NCBI RefSeq assembly: GCF_025526975.1 | Contig: NW_026515670.1 | Span: 806,001-870,000, forward strand | Length of the DNA: 64,000 nucleotides | Reading direction: 5' to 3' | Source: Fimicolochytrium jonesii | Lineage: Eukaryota | Shown: piece by piece, positions 60,881-64,000 of the stretch | How positions within the stretch are numbered: the first letter of the stretch is position 1 | Layout of the letters: each line of letters opens with the position of its first letter | Notes under the pieces: generated by a model | Databases searched by the model: none | What the model was told of the DNA's origin: nothing | Seen by the model: the letters and a program-made list of their open reading frames with translations, nothing else | Made by a program: the position numbers and the translations under genes

Positions 60881-61470
60881 AGAAAAGGCATATGCTGAGC
60901 ATGCTCATTCATTCCACCATTGTAATTTCAAACTTCTGTACATAACGCTGGAGCTTTCTGTGGATAAGTGCATAGACCTGAAGGCATATATGGCTAAGAC
61001 TTACCTGCTAATTCCTTTTATTGGATTGATATGGCGGACCATAATAGAATGGAGCTTGAGATGCAGTTGCCTAGACGACATGGAGCTCCATATACAGGAT
61101 TGTTGCTCACCTGAGTTTTCCAATATGCTGCACGCAAAACTACCTGACGAGAAAATCCCACTCCAGAAAAGAGGGTTCTTTACTGTCAGAGAGAGAGCGG
61201 AGACTGATGAACGCGTTCCAAATTTAATTGCGTATTGCGTTCACGTGCCTGGGGTGATCATAGCGTAATCAATCCCTTGCAGTTTTGCAGACGCGAATTG
61301 CAATGCTTTTTGGAACTGCGAACTGCGAATGGGCATTTCGCAGCAGAGCCTTGAATTTGACTTGCGCTCGGGCAGGGAACGTTCATAGCTTCACCACGGC
61401 CGACTTAGGTAGTGCTCGACTGTCACTCTGGTGAGCACTCACTTTTGCTCTCTCCGACGCCGGCTTCGCC

Positions 61471-64000
61471 ATGGACCGTAGCACGAAAGACCACCGGCCG
61501 AAGCAGGCCGGTCCGAAAGCCGACAAGAAGGCCAGTAAGACAAAGAAGAATGCCGAGAGAAACAACCCCAAGGTTAGTGTCGACGCCCGAACTTGCGTCA
61601 TTAGGCTCCGTTTCCGAACCCACAGACTCAAACGGCCACTATTTTTACGTACAGGCATTTGCGTCATATTCGGGGAAAAAGGCCGATAAGATAATTCGGC
61701 GAAACCTGGAGAAAGACCAGAACAAACTTCACGTTCCACTTGTTGACAGGACCCCATTGGAAGCACCACCGGTGGTTGTTGCTGTGGTTGGACCACCTGG
61801 GGTATGCCGCTGAAAATGTGTAAATGTCGACTACGGAGTTGGAAAAGCCGTTAACCGAAGTTCCATCATAGACGGGGAAGACGACCTTGATCCAGTCGCT
61901 AGTAAAGAAGTACTCAAAGCACAACCTTGCGGAAATCAAGGGGCCAATCACGGTTGTCAGTGGAAAGCACCGTCGGTTGACGTTTATCGAGTGCAGTAAC
62001 GATGTGAATTCGATGATCGATGTGGCGAAGGTCGCGGATCTGGTGCTCTTGCTCATTGACGCCAGTTTCGGCTTTGAAATGGTGCGTTTTGACAATCGGT
62101 GCCTTCGTGGGAACAGCGGTGCCTGGAGAATTGAATCTGAATTTGACCTCTTGCGTCCCCAGGAAACCTTCGAATTTCTGAACATTCTGCAGGTCCATGG
62201 ATTCCCGAAGGTCATCGGTGTACTGACACATTTGGACAAATTCCGGGATAACAAGCGTCTTCGAAAAACGAAGAAGCGGTTGAAGCATCGTTTCTGGACA
62301 GAAATTTACCAGGGAGCCAAGCTCTTCTACCTGTCTGGGTTAATCAATGGGCGGTACATGAAGAATGAGATCACGAATCTGGCCCGCTTCATTTCAGTGA
62401 TGAAATTCAGGCCACTCATCTGGCGAAACACACATCCTTATGTCTTGGCTGATCGTGTGGAAGATCTGACGGATCCCGAAACGCTGCGTCTCAGTCCGAA
62501 GTGCGACCGCACCGTCTCTCTCTACGGTTATATGCGGGGGACGAACCTGAAATCGGAAATGAAGGTATGCATCTTCCGTCCGGGCTGTTGCGAAATGCGC
62601 GCTGTGACTTACGATACTTCCTTTAGGTACATATTCCGGGAGTCGGAGATCAGAAAGTTGGCGAGGTTAGCATTCTGCCAGACCCGTGTCCGAAGCCCGA
62701 TAAAGTCCGACGGACTTTGAGCGACAAACATAAGTTGATCTATGCGCCCATGTCCGACGTTATTGGCATTCTCTACGACAAAGATGCCGTGTACATCAAC
62801 GTTCCTGGCCATTTTACGAAGCGCACCGATGAGGATATGGGAGACGACGATCAAAACATCGGAGCAGGGGAAAAGATGGTCATCGACTTGCAGAATGCGC
62901 CGGATACGTTCGCAGATAAGATGAAGGACAGTGAGCTCCGACTGTTTGCCTCCTCAGCAACCGTAAAGGCGTCCGACGTTCTCGATGGGGACATGGGGCA
63001 AACATCTAGGTCGAGGAGGCGAGTGGGTGCTGACCCCAATGACACTGACGGTGAAGATGATGATGAGGATGAGGATGAGGTGGATTCTGGAGTCGGATCC
63101 GATGCAGAGCCTGGTTCCGGAAGTGATGATGAAGACGACGATTCCGATGACGATGTCGAAGAGGACGGCGAACTGGAAGTGCAAGACGGCGCGAGACGGC
63201 GACTACGAGCACCAAAAGTCCGCACTGACGAGGAGCGAAACGATGATCTTGCTTTCGCCGAGAGTGATAGTGACTTTGACGATGAGGAGGACGACTCGGC
63301 TCTGGTGGGTGAAGACGAGGAAGCCTCTTGGAAAGGCAAATTACTCGACAGAGCGGCCGCCAACCTTGCGTTGAAGCGGAGGGTCAACCTGATGGATCTT
63401 GTTTATGGAGAACAGGATACAATCGAGGCGGGGGATAGTGACGACGCTGGATTGATGCAGGAAGTCGATGATGCCGGACTCTTCCGTGTTCGGAAAGGCG
63501 AAACGGATTTCGGAAGGAAAAACACGCAGATTGATGCAAGCAAACACGAAGCTCCCTCCGGGGAACTGGAAAAATGGGTGGACGAGGCCGAGATGGAAAG
63601 CCTCAGGAATCGCTTCATTACCGCGCAGCTCGATGGGGAGGCCGGAGAATCCGAGACCGCGGCAGGCGCGGAGACGGAGGAGGTCTACGGAGACTTCGAA
63701 GATCTGGAGACCGGTGAAAAAATCGAAGGCCAAGAGGGCGAGGCAGCTACTACCGGTGATGGAGAATCCAAGGAAACGGATGAGCTCGCCAAGAAAAAGG
63801 CGGCACTAAAACGCAAGTTCGATGCTCAATATGACGGTAGTGACGATGAAGCAAACAACTCCAACATGTACGAGAACATGAAGGAGGATATGGCCAGGCA
63901 ACAAGCCATCAACAGGGAAGAGTTTATGGACGACTCGCCGGAGCTGAGAGCTCAGATTGAGGGGTATCGCCCGGGCACTTATGTGCGAATTGTCCTCAAG
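61471..64000 (+). CDS. BMS1: Ribosome biogenesis GTPase Bms1, multi-exon, 3' part outside window
   Basis: RNNPKAFA, LHVPLVDR, PPVVVAVVGPPG|TGKTTLI, GPITVVSGK, DLVLLLIDASFGFEMETFEFLN, HRFWTEIYQGAKLFYLSG, an acidic tract and EGYRPGTYVRI. Confidence 0.97.

Noticed and set aside
63040..63300. GAT/GAC/GAG-rich repeat-like tract
   Set aside because: It encodes the normal acidic low-complexity region of Bms1.
1..64000. Hundreds of short six-frame ORFs, many antisense to genes
   Set aside because: They are shadows of GC-rich exons or exon-plus-intron read-through. Only spliced models with family motifs were kept.
1..64000. CRISPR arrays, transposons, tRNA and rRNA genes
   Set aside because: I saw no spaced direct repeats, transposase or RT motifs, terminal repeats, cloverleaf or rRNA sequence by eye.

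Overview
Gene-dense eukaryotic DNA from an early-diverging fungus, most likely a chytrid (Spizellomycetales-like; this is inference from gene content). It has many short 50-100 nt GT-AG introns with CTRAC-type branch points and genes that I recall as lost from Dikarya, such as NCKAP1 and PRL phosphatase. About 20 protein genes can be recognised from motifs: NCKAP1 (partial), NAD kinase, PEX5, NAA40, PEX14, malonyl-CoA decarboxylase, an Agd3/CE18 deacetylase, Egt1, RNase Z, RPL12, PRL/PTP4A, a Cys-rich-TM-SH3 receptor-like protein, DRS2, a Cof-type HAD hydrolase, a half-size ABCA, RPS21, a degenerate EXD2/WRN-type exonuclease, a Thg1-like protein, a GRIPAP1/CCDC186-like coiled coil and BMS1 (partial). 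Four observations stand out. (1) A mitochondrially targeted Thg1-like 3'-5' polymerase, a candidate mt-tRNA 5'-editing enzyme, lies tail-to-tail with a mitochondrially targeted pseudo-exonuclease, and the two promoters share an identical 11-mer. (2) PEX5, PEX14 and MLYCD (C-terminal -ANL) form a peroxisome mini-cluster. (3) An Agd3-like exopolysaccharide deacetylase has intact catalytic motifs but no cluster partners. (4) An H/ACA-like structured RNA sits in a long 5'UTR intron of RPL12. All identifications come from manual motif recognition with no database searches. CDS coordinates span introns.
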